The notes beneath the pieces were generated by a model that saw nothing but the letters and a program-made list of their open reading frames with translations, ran no database searches and had not been told where the DNA came from. A DNA stretch of 31,585 nt. Origin: Octopus sinensis. Lineage: Eukaryota. The stretch is taken from the NCBI RefSeq assembly GCF_006345805.1, contig NW_021832187.1, forward strand, positions 1 through 31,585, read 5' to 3'. Made by a program: the position numbers and the translations under genes. Positions 31,507 to 31,585 of this stretch are shown here, piece after piece (the first letter of the stretch is position 1; every line of letters starts with the position of its first letter).

Positions 31507-31585
31507 TAATGAGGGAGATAAATTGAACATAAATTTAATATCAATTTAAAACCAGTAGCCTAGCATACAAAAATCTGAAAAATCA
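31507..31585 (+). repeat. Second copy of the unclassified repeat at 8107 (runs off the window)
   Basis: ATGAGGGAGATAAAT...CAATTTAAAACCAGTAGCCTAGCATACAAAAATCTGAAAA is shared with 8107-8200. Confidence 0.8.

Overview
Eukaryotic, AT-rich, non-coding window. The SINE families and microsatellite load resemble a cephalopod (Octopus-like) genome; this is recognition from memory, not a database result. I find no host gene exon I can support. Almost all ORFs in the track are microsatellite or antisense-SINE artefacts. The window is a mosaic of three tRNA-derived SINE families, decayed LINE fragments (R4/Dong-like RT plus restriction-like endonuclease, and a CR1/L2-like 3' end), a decayed Penelope-like RT, an Hsmar1-like mariner interrupted by a SINE, a pogo/Tigger-like MITE, many micro/minisatellites and about seven long fold-back repeats. 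The main hidden signal is at least five unrelated short repeat families carrying minimal type I hammerhead-ribozyme motifs with palindromic helix III, the Penelope-element type. These include two intact-core copies in a near-perfect inverted pair (20861-21298) and a family with the C3-G8 core pair swapped to G3-C8 (4510-4554, 5242-5292). In three of the four hammerhead-bearing fold-backs the inversion point lies just upstream of, or inside, the ribozyme core.
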